From: Candidatus Bathyarchaeota archaeon
Lineage (GTDB): Archaea; Thermoproteota; Bathyarchaeia; JAPDIZ01
Direction: 5' to 3'
DNA length: 64,000 nucleotides
NCBI GenBank assembly: GCA_029259355.1
Contig: JAPDIZ010000003.1
Coordinates: forward strand, 147,710-211,709
Positions 30,212 through 39,606 of this stretch are shown here, piece by piece. Within the stretch, counting starts at the first letter, position 1, and each line of letters starts with the position of its first letter. The position numbers were made by a program, and so were the translations under genes. Below the pieces are notes generated by a model, which worked only from the letters and a program-made list of their open reading frames with translations, was not told the DNA's origin and made no database searches.

Positions 30212-31912
30212 GTGAGAATACTAGCCTTTATTTTTCAAAGATTTTTCCTATTTCCTATTGATTTGTACAGTATTTTTAGGATGGTGGCTATCGCTTTCAT
30301 CTTAACTACCTCATCTATGCTAAGTTTGGCATTTATTGCCGGAAGCGACGTTAGGTATAAGGTATTTGTTGTTGCGGAAGGAGAAGATGAGTTCCAAGAA
30401 GTTAAGCAGGTTTTGGAAAAATCCCTTGAAAACGTAGTGGTTTACGATATCCGCTATGAAAACAACGAACTCGCTACGCTTACGGAGCTTAACTGCGTGA
30501 GAACGATTGTTTTAGTATACGATGGCGACATTCAATTCCTGCTCCAAAGAAATGTCCTTATTAGCTTGGAGAGGGTAGATGAATGCGTGCTTTTTTCCAG
30601 AGGTGAGCTACCTCCCGAGGAGGTTCTGCAAATCCTTGACAGTCTACTGAGATCTAGGCTTAAGGTTGCGAAGAGCTACTCTGAATTAATCAGCAAGCTC
30701 CCCGTGTATAGGCGCAGAAGCTTCTTCAGCATAAACTGGGATACCGAGACATACTTCCTTCTCGTTAGAGCTGTCGGCGTCGCTTCTCTGCTCACCATCT
30801 TCTTTGGCGCTGCTCTCTTGAGTATAACGTGTTTTTTGCTGAGAGCCCTTGTCAGAGATGAGCTAGCTTTCTTTTCGGCATCGCTTACCTCGGCATTCTT
30901 GATCTTTACCACCATACAGATGGCTTACGTCGTATGTAGCTCCGTTTTGGAAATCCCCTTAGGACTGCACTGCACAAAAATAGGATCTAGCCCGTGGAAT
31001 TCGCTTACCATCATAGGTATGTTAGGGCCTTTTGGCGGAGGAACTTTTCCAAGACTTTTCGCTGGGTTAACTGGCTTTTCGCTAAGCACAATCGCTATCA
31101 CGTTAAGAAGAGAAGCTGATGAAGCTGTATGCTATCTACCCTCTCTAAGGACTAGACTTTTCATAGCTTCCTTGGTTCTGGTGGGAGCATACTTTGCGTA
31201 TACCATTTCATCGCTTAATGAACTCATTAACCAGCCCATTGTTGGGGAAGTACTTTGCCGCAAAATGATAAACTCATTCGCCATCTACCAAGATTTGCTA
31301 GTTGGTAAGGCCGTTCCGTCGAGGGGGATAATCCTATACTACATCGGCGTCTCTCTGTTTTGCGCCCTACTCTTAGCGAGGTCTAAGGCGTTCTCAGCAG
31401 CTTCGCCTATAGCGGCTGTTTTGATTGCTTGGGGGTTGATGAGGGTGGGTAATCTCAACCTTGAGCAAGCTATGTGCAGCTCGATTATCGGAGTGATGCT
31501 TGGCTTTGCAACGTTTCTGCTATGCGCAGCGTACCTCAGCCTCCTAAATAATTTTCACAGACTTTCGAGCACGGATGCTAAGAAGCTTCTACACAGCTCT
31601 GAGTTTAGACGAGAAAGCATCGTCTTAACGTGTATAGCGCTTCTCTACTGTACGGCTTGGAGTAAGCTTAGCGGTACTTTACTCCCACTTTTCGCGCTAT
31701 GTACAACATACTTTCTCTTGCGCACCAACTTGAGGAAAAAGCCCTACATAGCAGCGATGTGGATGATTCCAGCAGCTGCTTCTATGCTGCTACTAATGCT
31801 GTGTATACCTACTGAGGTCTTGTTTCCTGCTATTCTCAGCGCATGCGCTGCTAGATGCTTTGACACATATCATAAACCATTCAAAAGACTAAGCTCTGTA
31901 CTGTGCAGTTAG
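30212..31912 (+). CDS. Membrane protein, family B copy 1: N-terminal anchor, a soluble domain of about 150 aa, then a polytopic domain; function unknown
   Basis: 566 aa with a GTG start. Motifs: KVFVVAEGEDEF...LNCVRTIVLVYDG, LEIPLGLHCTK, LGPFGGGTFPRLFAGL, AWGLMRVGNLNLEQ. All are shared with 50251..52011. It lies 56 nt downstream of family A copy 2. Confidence 0.85.
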   Translation: MRILAFIFQRFFLFPIDLYSIFRMVAIAFILTTSSMLSLAFIAGSDVRYKVFVVAEGEDEFQEVKQVLEKSLENVVVYDIRYENNELATLTELNCVRTIVLVYDGDIQFLLQRNVLISLERVDECVLFSRGELPPEEVLQILDSLLRSRLKVAKSYSELISKLPVYRRRSFFSINWDTETYFLLVRAVGVASLLTIFFGAALLSITCFLLRALVRDELAFFSASLTSAFLIFTTIQMAYVVCSSVLEIPLGLHCTKIGSSPWNSLTIIGMLGPFGGGTFPRLFAGLTGFSLSTIAITLRREADEAVCYLPSLRTRLFIASLVLVGAYFAYTISSLNELINQPIVGEVLCRKMINSFAIYQDLLVGKAVPSRGIILYYIGVSLFCALLLARSKAFSAASPIAAVLIAWGLMRVGNLNLEQAMCSSIIGVMLGFATFLLCAAYLSLLNNFHRLSSTDAKKLLHSSEFRRESIVLTCIALLYCTAWSKLSGTLLPLFALCTTYFLLRTNLRKKPYIAAMWMIPAAASMLLLMLCIPTEVLFPAILSACAARCFDTYHKPFKRLSSVLCS

Positions 31913-32162
31913 GTTACCTTAACATATTTATGAAGAAAATTTTTTAATTGTTTTTATGGGTTTTGCGAGGGAAATATTTCCCAGGCTTATCATTTCGCTA
32001 CCTAGATTGTTCGTTGGTTTATTGCAGCTTATTCTAGACAAATCTGAGAGGAAGTGTCCTGCTAATTTATCACTAATTGGGAAAACGGAACTATCTCGAG
32101 GAGTGATATTGCTTTTTTAGGCGCATTAGCGCTATCAACTACTTTATACGTAGAGGAGCATC

Positions 32163-32502
32163 ATGGCGAAGGCATCAGCAAAAAAGGGATTAGGGCTTTT
32201 CGGAGCCCCGATTATATCCATTTCGTTGACTTTCTTATACCTCCTTGTTTTTCATGATTAGTTGGGGTTGACTGAGGTAGGCAATATTGTCTTTCGTTCG
32301 GTCTTTAGTTAGCATATTCCTTGCTATGATTATCTCATTTGAAGTGATAATCGCATTTTTCGGCTTGGATAACCTATTGGCGACTTTATCCTTCAGAGAC
32401 GCAACCAAATTTCAAAACCATACTTCGGAAATGTTTGGGCTATTTATCGTATTATGCAATTTTCAAGGGAAATTTGCACGATTTCTAACAATAATTTTGT
32501 AA
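32163..32502 (+). pseudogene. Possible relic of a second Wzx-type flippase 5' region
   Basis: MAKASAKKGLGLFGAPIISISLTFLYLLVFHD is followed by an in-frame TAG and then LGLTEVGNIVF. After a frame change it reads SLVSIFLAMIISFEVIIAFFGLD.. (track ORF 32287..32502). The pattern resembles the ..G..........RLLGPQDYG....... opening of the intact flippase at 32890. Confidence 0.3.
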
Positions 32503-32889
32503 TCCTTAGTTCACTTTTGATAACCCGTAAACTGCTTAAAATTAGAGAAGCATGGTAATCTGTAATTGCCTCCTTTTCGATATTTGTCGTTATCACGCCG
32601 ATAATGCTTTACCTACTTGTTCAGCACATTCCTTTACAATTCTTCTTAACATCCATCCTTCTTCTAATTAGCTATTAGTGCGACATAGCCGATGTACTAA
32701 GACAGTACAGCTCTTCTAACAGACCCCAGTTCTGATTGATTGCAGAAAAATTAAGGGGTAAAGCACAATAAGAGGTCTACGCGGCTACTCTACTCGCTCT
32801 ATGAACAACGGGGGAAATCAGCTATTAGGCAACAAATTGACTCTCAGGAATGGTCGTCAGGTAAAGCGCTCGCAACTGGTTCCTTTGCT

Positions 32890-34380
32890 ATGTTGCTTGG
32901 ATCGACCATAGCAAGACTATTTCAAATTATTTACGTAATCTTTGTTGTACGCCTTCTTGGTCCACAAGACTACGGTCTTCTCGCGCTTGTACTCGCCGTA
33001 ACTGGAGTTATTACTTCAGTAATAGATCCTCACGTAGGTCTCGCTACCGTTAAGCTTTACACAGAGAAGCAAGACCAACACTTTCTATACATCGCCCTCA
33101 TTTTCTATATTTGTGTAGGAGTAGCTTCAGCAGTTGTAATCCTTCTCTTTGGTGATATTGTAATTGCTAACCTAGCTGGGTCGCAAGCTAGCGAACGTCG
33201 TTTTGACCTTGTATTGATCTTTATTAGTCTTTTGATAATATTGATAACTACTAATAGTTTGTATTCAACACTCTTCGAATCCTTCTTTTTATTCAGCTAT
33301 GAGGCGCTTATGATAGCTACTAGACGCATACTCATCTGTATACTTGCAGTAGTAGCTCTGTTTTGGGGATACGGGCTCTTAGGGGTATTTGCCGCAATAA
33401 TCGCCGGGTACTTGATTCCCCTTATAATCCTTATGCCAATAGCTTACGAAATACTAAAAGCGCAAATTAAGACAAGGATTCGTGTAGGCATTCTGTGGAG
33501 CAAATTTGTCGAAGTTCTACAGTTTGGCATTCTTGCCTATATCGCTACCGTCATGTATCAATTTTACACATCATCCGACGTTATCTTAGTTGGATACTTT
33601 AGATCGCTCTGGGATGTTGGACAATATAGCGCAGCACTTCGCTTAGTTAATGTTGTTTTGCTTATCCCATCAGCGTTTATCTCGGTATTAATGCCAGTTG
33701 TGTCGAGGATTTCTGGAGAAAAAACTCTAAGTGAGCGCGAGATATCATCCATAGTAGGACTTACGCTTAAGTATACAATGATCCTAGCAGTACCCTTTTG
33801 CATGGTTTTATCTGCCAATTCTTTCCTAGTGATAACAAGCCTTTTTGGGATTAGTTATCAATATTCGACGGAAGTGCTTCCCCTATTATCAATTTTTGCA
33901 ATATTATTAGCATCTTACATCGTTTTCGACTCTACTTTGGTGGGGTTGGGTAAGCTCATCGAGAGGATATTAGTTTCGCTGACCATGTTAATATGTGGAC
34001 TGATTCTGCACATAGTTCTAATACCTACGATAGGCATATACGGGGCAGCGCTATCTATGCTTCTCTCAGCTGGAATTGGTACTCTCTCTGCTATGTTCGC
34101 TCTTCGCTTAACACCCTCAAATCTCCTGGCTGCTAACGTTGCCAAATTCGCGATAGCCTTAACTCCCTTAGCCCTTTCATCGCTAATAGCAACTACTCTC
34201 ATGAACAGCTTAGCAGGTATTTGTTTGTTAACGATCTCTTTAGCAGGCTATGCTTTGCTGCTTTTGCTTCTAGGAGTAATCGATGAAAAAGATCTCGATA
34301 ACTTCTCAAAAGTATCCATGCTTTCCCCAATTGCTAAATTTGGGAAGAGCGTTCGGAAGAAAGTTTTGAAAAGAGGCTGA
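32890..34380 (+). CDS. wzx: Wzx-like polysaccharide/oligosaccharide flippase (MOP superfamily); the 5' end is probably frameshifted
   Basis: About 12-14 TM segments, with FVVRLLGPQDYGLLALVLAV near the N-terminus. The frame is open upstream (..SGKALATGSFAMLLGST..) with no start codon. An ATG at 32801 lies one frame off, across a G5 run at 32810-32814. Adding one G gives MNNGGKSAIRQQIDSQEWSSGKALATGSFAMLLG. Confidence 0.82.
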   Translation: MLLGSTIARLFQIIYVIFVVRLLGPQDYGLLALVLAVTGVITSVIDPHVGLATVKLYTEKQDQHFLYIALIFYICVGVASAVVILLFGDIVIANLAGSQASERRFDLVLIFISLLIILITTNSLYSTLFESFFLFSYEALMIATRRILICILAVVALFWGYGLLGVFAAIIAGYLIPLIILMPIAYEILKAQIKTRIRVGILWSKFVEVLQFGILAYIATVMYQFYTSSDVILVGYFRSLWDVGQYSAALRLVNVVLLIPSAFISVLMPVVSRISGEKTLSEREISSIVGLTLKYTMILAVPFCMVLSANSFLVITSLFGISYQYSTEVLPLLSIFAILLASYIVFDSTLVGLGKLIERILVSLTMLICGLILHIVLIPTIGIYGAALSMLLSAGIGTLSAMFALRLTPSNLLAANVAKFAIALTPLALSSLIATTLMNSLAGICLLTISLAGYALLLLLLGVIDEKDLDNFSKVSMLSPIAKFGKSVRKKVLKRG

Positions 34381-34387
34381 TCCCAGA

Positions 34388-36346
34388 ATGCGATTCGTAT
34401 TAACCATTAGCAACTTATGCGCAGTTAGCGATGCTGAAAAATTTTGCTACGGTTCAAGAGAGATTCTCAGACGCATTGGCATTTCTTGGATTGAAGCCCT
34501 AGTTAATGATACGAATGACTTTATAAGCAAAATACACTCCCTAAATGATACAATTCTTGGATTCTTCTTGCTCGAAAGAGATCCACTTTTACCTGATTTA
34601 ATAAGAGCTATTGAAGAATGTAGGAAAACCTCCCTCATATACCTATTCCAAGAAACGCCCAGAATTTTCGTAAGCTCTCCGAAAATACTGAGATGGAAAC
34701 TTTTTAATAAAATGAAAGAATTTCCAATAATCTTTCAAGCAAAAACCTGTAATATCTCAAGTTATTGCAAGAATTCCGAATTCTTTTTGGAAGTTGCAGA
34801 ATTATTAGATTTAGAGCGAAAAAAATTGGGAACTTGCGTTGCTAGCGCACGTAAGCTAAATCCTCCCTACGTATTTTATTGCCTATTTGGCTTTGAGCTA
34901 CCCCTAGTAGTAGCTGATTTTTTGAGCGGCTCTGCTCAGCTAACGCTCGCTAAGCGAACGCATAACTCAAGATTACTATGCCAAGGAAGTTTGCTAATGA
35001 AGTACAAGCTTAACGTCCAACCTCTCGTCGATGAGCTGTCTAGGATTGTTCACGCGTCATTAGTAACACAGCTTGGTCACTTGAAGATCCCTCTTTTAAC
35101 AAAAGCCATATGGCCACCTAACAAGATAGCTTGCGTGTGTCTAACACACGATGTAGATAAGCTAACTCCTCACTGGTCTCAACTGTTGAAAAGAACAAAG
35201 CTTTACACAGCAAAGAGAAGACTTGCTGAAATAATCCCCTCGATTTTATCATCACTCCTCATAGGCCTTTCTAGAGCTCAGCACAGAATAAGGTCTAGGG
35301 CAAAAAATGGATTTGATGCTCTGAAGTTTTTCCCCTATAGCTTACTTAGGAAATTCCAAGATATTTTATACGTTGGAGGATTTGAAAAATACATGGATGT
35401 TGAGAAAAAAAATGGCGCAAGCTCTACATTTTTCATTCTGATAAACAAGAGCGATATGGACAGCAACTATGACATAAACTCTCCAGCACTTGCGCTGATT
35501 TTGCGGGACATTATACAGAGAGGCTGGGAAGTATCCTTACATGCAAGTTATTTCTCCCTTGATTTGGAGCAAATTCTTCAAGAAGAGAAAAAATTGCTTG
35601 AAGCAGTTATTAAGGAAAGAGTTGCGGGTGTCAGACAACACTACTTTAGGTTTAATCCTCCGAATACGTGGATAGCACAAAGTAATGCAGGCTTTACTTA
35701 CGATACAACACCCTACTTCCCTGACGAAGTAGGTTTCTACTTCAGCACATGCTTACCTTTCTTCGCTTACGATTATGTAAACAACAGAGAGCTAGACTTA
35801 GTTGAAATTCCATTATCTATTAACGATACCACACTCTTTCACTATATGAAGCTGAACATCGAAGAAGCTTTTCACCGTTGTAAGGAACTTATTGATACAA
35901 TTTATGATCATATGGGGGTTTTAGTAATTAACTGGCATATGCGCGCCTCTCATAACGACGATTTTCCAAGGTGGTTTTACCTTTACGAAAAGATCTTAGA
36001 ATATGCTTGTCGATCCAATGTATGGGTGCCTACATGCAGAGAGGTTGCGCAGTGGTGGAAGATACGAGATAAAACCAAAGTGCGAGAATTCATCTTTGGT
36101 GATGGAGTACTGAAAGCGACGATCGATTTGCCAGATATGTGCGAAGAAATCGCCTTTGAGCTAGTTATACCGAGTGGTATGAAAGTACGAAGAGCCTACT
36201 TGTTGCACAGAGATCTAGTCAAGGAGATTAGTGTTAGCAAAGTTGGGGAGATTCATGCAGAATTCGGTGTTTTTCAGAAGTATTCCCTTTCGCTCCATAG
36301 ACCGCAGGTAGGTGTTAGCGAATTGGTGGTTAAAATTGAAAGATGA
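34388..36346 (+). CDS. Two-domain protein: an uncharacterised N-terminal region of about 240 aa plus a polysaccharide deacetylase (CE4-like) domain
   Basis: 652 aa. CVCLTHDVDKL, SSTFFIL, GWEVSLHASY and AGVRQHYFRF fit the D-D / H-H metal-site layout of CE4 deacetylases. I recognise no motif in the N-terminal region. Confidence 0.7.
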   Translation: MRFVLTISNLCAVSDAEKFCYGSREILRRIGISWIEALVNDTNDFISKIHSLNDTILGFFLLERDPLLPDLIRAIEECRKTSLIYLFQETPRIFVSSPKILRWKLFNKMKEFPIIFQAKTCNISSYCKNSEFFLEVAELLDLERKKLGTCVASARKLNPPYVFYCLFGFELPLVVADFLSGSAQLTLAKRTHNSRLLCQGSLLMKYKLNVQPLVDELSRIVHASLVTQLGHLKIPLLTKAIWPPNKIACVCLTHDVDKLTPHWSQLLKRTKLYTAKRRLAEIIPSILSSLLIGLSRAQHRIRSRAKNGFDALKFFPYSLLRKFQDILYVGGFEKYMDVEKKNGASSTFFILINKSDMDSNYDINSPALALILRDIIQRGWEVSLHASYFSLDLEQILQEEKKLLEAVIKERVAGVRQHYFRFNPPNTWIAQSNAGFTYDTTPYFPDEVGFYFSTCLPFFAYDYVNNRELDLVEIPLSINDTTLFHYMKLNIEEAFHRCKELIDTIYDHMGVLVINWHMRASHNDDFPRWFYLYEKILEYACRSNVWVPTCREVAQWWKIRDKTKVREFIFGDGVLKATIDLPDMCEEIAFELVIPSGMKVRRAYLLHRDLVKEISVSKVGEIHAEFGVFQKYSLSLHRPQVGVSELVVKIER

Positions 36347-37103
36347 AGATAGATCGTTAAAAAGAGAGGTAGCGAAGTTTTTCGATAAAGATCATGTTAT
36401 CAAGAAGCGGAAACATCCCCCGTGGATGGACAAGGTATACTACCCGCTCTTTAAAGGGCGCGTCCTAGAGATTGGATTTGGTATGCTACTTCCACCACAG
36501 CATTTGAGAAAAAACTACGTGGGTGTAGAGCTTTCAAAACATGCCTTGATGTATGCAAAAGCAAATAATGTAGATTGTGTGTGCGCAGATGGAGAAAAAC
36601 TTCCCTTTAAAAACAAAAGCTTCGAAACAGTCGTCTGTCACGACGTTCTTCCATATTTTCCTAATCCGCAGAATTTTTTGGCTGAAGCCAAAAGAGTCTC
36701 AAACAACAGAATTATAATAATTGATGCGAACTACATCTTAGATAAACGAAGGCTTTCCGAGATGAGCTTGAGAGATGTTGTCAAACTTCTGAGAGAGTTT
36801 ATCACTAAACCTAAATGCTATAGAAGAGCCGGGGATATTTGGAGACACGTCAAGAATGGTGGAGCGATTACGGGAGTTAATTTACGCTTTGTAGAATATT
36901 GGATGAAAAGGGTGGGATGTGAAATAATCTTATCTACTAGCTTTATGTATAATTTCATATCTTATTACATTTTGCTCCAAAAATCTTTAAAAAACTTCAT
37001 CAAACTTACGGTGAGCAGACTACCTTTATTCAGATTTTTAGGTCCGATGATGTTCATAATAGCAAAAGTAGAGTCAATAACGAAACAAAACACTTATGCT
37101 TAG
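36312..37103 (+). CDS. Class I SAM methyltransferase (Methyltransf_11-like), apparently intact
   Basis: VLEIGFG is a degenerate motif I. ADGEKLPFKNKSFETVVCHDVLPYFPNP is also present. It overlaps the 3' end of the upstream gene by 35 nt, and the exact start is uncertain. Confidence 0.7.
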   Translation: MLANWWLKLKDEDRSLKREVAKFFDKDHVIKKRKHPPWMDKVYYPLFKGRVLEIGFGMLLPPQHLRKNYVGVELSKHALMYAKANNVDCVCADGEKLPFKNKSFETVVCHDVLPYFPNPQNFLAEAKRVSNNRIIIIDANYILDKRRLSEMSLRDVVKLLREFITKPKCYRRAGDIWRHVKNGGAITGVNLRFVEYWMKRVGCEIILSTSFMYNFISYYILLQKSLKNFIKLTVSRLPLFRFLGPMMFIIAKVESITKQNTYA

Positions 37104-37817
37104 AATTGCTTTTTAGCGACTATGAGGTATCCTGCTGAAAAAGCAGAAGGTGGTTCTAAGGGTTTTAACACAAATTTCGCAACAACATATACAAAGATAG
37201 CAAAAGGCAACCCAACTAGACGAAGGAAATAGGACGTTGAACGTCGGAGCATTTCATGAAGGGTAAAGAGTATAAAGAACAGTTGACCTTCAACCGACGA
37301 TATAAAAAACAAATTAAGGTCATGTGCTGAGAGAAAATGTCTCAAACCACTTGGTGTAAATCTCCAAAAATCATGCGCGACAAGCACAGAATCCTTACGC
37401 GAAAACCATCCAAAAGCATCGTGAACAGGATAAAAAAAGGAACAAACAGTACCAACTTACCATTGTTTTTAAAACTCTACTTATTTCTTCTATCACAGAG
37501 CGGTAATCTTGTATATGCTCAAGCAAACTTATGCAGAAAACCGCATCCACAGCCTCCTCTTTTATGGGCAGAGCCGAAGCTTCGCCAACGAGTGTAACCC
37601 CATCCTTCTTTACAATATCGATGTTCGCGTAGTTCGTAGTAGAGCATAAATAGCTTTTAACCCAACCAGTTCCTCCACCGATATCAACAACAAAATCGCC
37701 GTGAACAAACTCTGGCAATATTTTTCGTAGTGCTCTTTGAAGAAGTACTCTTACAACGCTCTTGCTATAATATTTATGAAAGGTTTTCCTCCACAATAGC
37801 TTTATAAACGACATCAC
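37100..37817 (-). pseudogene. Class I SAM methyltransferase broken by two frameshifts (track ORFs 37395..37817 and 37100..37387)
   Basis: Reading across three frames restores VVDIGGGTGW...ASALPIKEEAVDAVFCISLLEHIQDYRSVIEEISRVLK / NNGKLVLFVPFF / YPVHDAFGWFSRKDSVLVAHDFWRFTPSGLRHFL. The frame switches fall at the minus-strand A5 run (plus-strand T5, 37466-37470) and the minus-strand T7 run (plus-strand A7, 37432-37438). Confidence 0.75.
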
Positions 37818-38941
37818 AAATCCCTGAAAAATTCAGCAATACAATTCGTGATATATTCTGTTTCTTCATCTCGTAGCTCCGGGAATATGGGGAGAGATAT
37901 TATTTCGCGAACAAGGCTTTCTGTGATGGTTAAGGAATGGGGAACAGTCTTGATGGTATATTTATTGCAAGCAGGTTGCATATGGCAAGGTACTGGATAG
38001 TGTATTCCCGTCTCCACACCTTTTTGTGAAAGCCATTCACGTAGCCTATCTCGCAGATCTGATCGAACTCTTACAACGAATAAATGATATACGTGAAAAG
38101 CCCATTCAGCTTCGGTAGGTGTTTTAAGCGGGAGCTCATCAAGAAGCTTTGCGTAAAGCCTAGCTATTTTACGCCTTCGTTCCGTATAGCCGTTAAGCTT
38201 CTTTAGCTGAGCAAGGCCTATAGCTGCTTGAATCTCGTTGAAGCGCATGTTATACCCAAGGATTTCGTGCACATACTTCTCCCTTCGACCATGATCTCTT
38301 AGCATTCTAACCTTCTCAGCAACTTCCTCGTCATTAGTTACCACCATCCCCCCATCTCCGCAGACCGTTAGGTTTTTTGAGGGATAGAAGCTGAAGCATG
38401 CAACGTGTCCGATGCTTCCTACAGGCCTTCCCTTGTATTTAGCTCCGTGAGCTTGGCACGCGTCTTCGAGGAGAAAAAGCCCCTTCTCCTCAGCTAACTC
38501 TAAGATGGGGTCTAGATTTGCGGGGTGCCCGTACAAATGGACAGCAATTATTCCTCGGATTCCCTCAACCTCTGAGACCGCCTTCCTTATGCAGTCTGGG
38601 TTTGCGGTGTAGGTTTCGGGATCTACGTCTACGAAGACTGGTATAGCTCCGACGTGCAGAATAGGGGACACTGTAGGAAAAGCCGTATGCGATGGAACAA
38701 CTATCTTATCGCCTGGTTTAACTCCTAATGCGAGAAGCGAGAGCATTATAGCTGATGTCCCTGAACTTGTCCCCACGCCAAATTTAACTCCGATGAATCT
38801 AGAAAACTCTTCTTCAAATTTTCGAGTATATTCGCCCAGGATGTACCTCCCACTTTCTAAAGCATCAATGGCTGCGCGCCTTACTTCATCGTCTATGGGA
38901 ACCTTTGAAAGTGGGATATTACTCCTAGCTTTTTTTACCAA
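37814..38941 (-). CDS. DegT/DnrJ/EryC1/StrS-family PLP-dependent sugar aminotransferase (WbpE-like)
   Basis: 375 aa with GTSSGTSAI, LEDACQAHGA, and FSFYPSKNLTVCGDGGMVVT containing the PLP lysine. Confidence 0.9.
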   Translation of the reverse strand: MVKKARSNIPLSKVPIDDEVRRAAIDALESGRYILGEYTRKFEEEFSRFIGVKFGVGTSSGTSAIMLSLLALGVKPGDKIVVPSHTAFPTVSPILHVGAIPVFVDVDPETYTANPDCIRKAVSEVEGIRGIIAVHLYGHPANLDPILELAEEKGLFLLEDACQAHGAKYKGRPVGSIGHVACFSFYPSKNLTVCGDGGMVVTNDEEVAEKVRMLRDHGRREKYVHEILGYNMRFNEIQAAIGLAQLKKLNGYTERRRKIARLYAKLLDELPLKTPTEAEWAFHVYHLFVVRVRSDLRDRLREWLSQKGVETGIHYPVPCHMQPACNKYTIKTVPHSLTITESLVREIISLPIFPELRDEETEYITNCIAEFFRDL

Positions 38942-39603
38942 GAATACACCTCCTTGAATAGATTTACCTTACATCTCAGCTCTTTAATTCCTTTAACAAC
39001 CCTTGCTGGAGTTCCGAATGCCACAGAATTGGAGGGGATGTCTTTTGTAACCATCGAGCCTGCTCCAATAAGAGCGTTTTCTCCGATTTCAACTCCTGGA
39101 AAAATAATGGAGCCAGCGCCTATTTTCGCGTTTTCCCCTATAATCGGTCCCTTTACACACTTATACCGTCTTTCACGAGCTGCGGGGCATCTCGGGTGCA
39201 GAGTATTTATTGTTATTACGTTTGGTCCAATCCACGCATTTTTTCTAATAACGGTGTTTTCTCCTATAAAGCAGTTTGAATGTATCCGCACAAAGTCTTC
39301 AACGACACAATCAGTCTCGATCACCGAATGCGTTCCGATAACAACATTGCTCCCTATTTTGTTAAACTCCCTTATTCGAGCAGCATCTCCTGTTTGGAAA
39401 TTATTCCCTATTTCGTTACCTGCGTAAATTATGGAATGCGATCTAATGTGGGCTTTTTCGCCAATAACTAATTTGGGAGTCGCGCCATCAGCTAAGGGTT
39501 TTCCCAAAACCGCATAATCCTCTACGATAGAGTCGTTTCCTATGACAACATTTTCATAAACTATTGCTTTGTCAGATATTATGGTCTTCTTCAACAAAAT
39601 CAT
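38935..39603 (-). CDS. Left-handed beta-helix (hexapeptide-repeat) sugar N-acetyltransferase (WbpD-like)
   Basis: 222 aa with repeated [LIV]-G-x4 hexapeptides, for example IGENAKIGAGSIIFPGVEIGENALIGAGSMV. It overlaps the downstream aminotransferase gene by 7 nt. Confidence 0.85.
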   Translation of the reverse strand: MILLKKTIISDKAIVYENVVIGNDSIVEDYAVLGKPLADGATPKLVIGEKAHIRSHSIIYAGNEIGNNFQTGDAARIREFNKIGSNVVIGTHSVIETDCVVEDFVRIHSNCFIGENTVIRKNAWIGPNVITINTLHPRCPAARERRYKCVKGPIIGENAKIGAGSIIFPGVEIGENALIGAGSMVTKDIPSNSVAFGTPARVVKGIKELRCKVNLFKEVYSW

Positions 39604-39606
39604 CCC

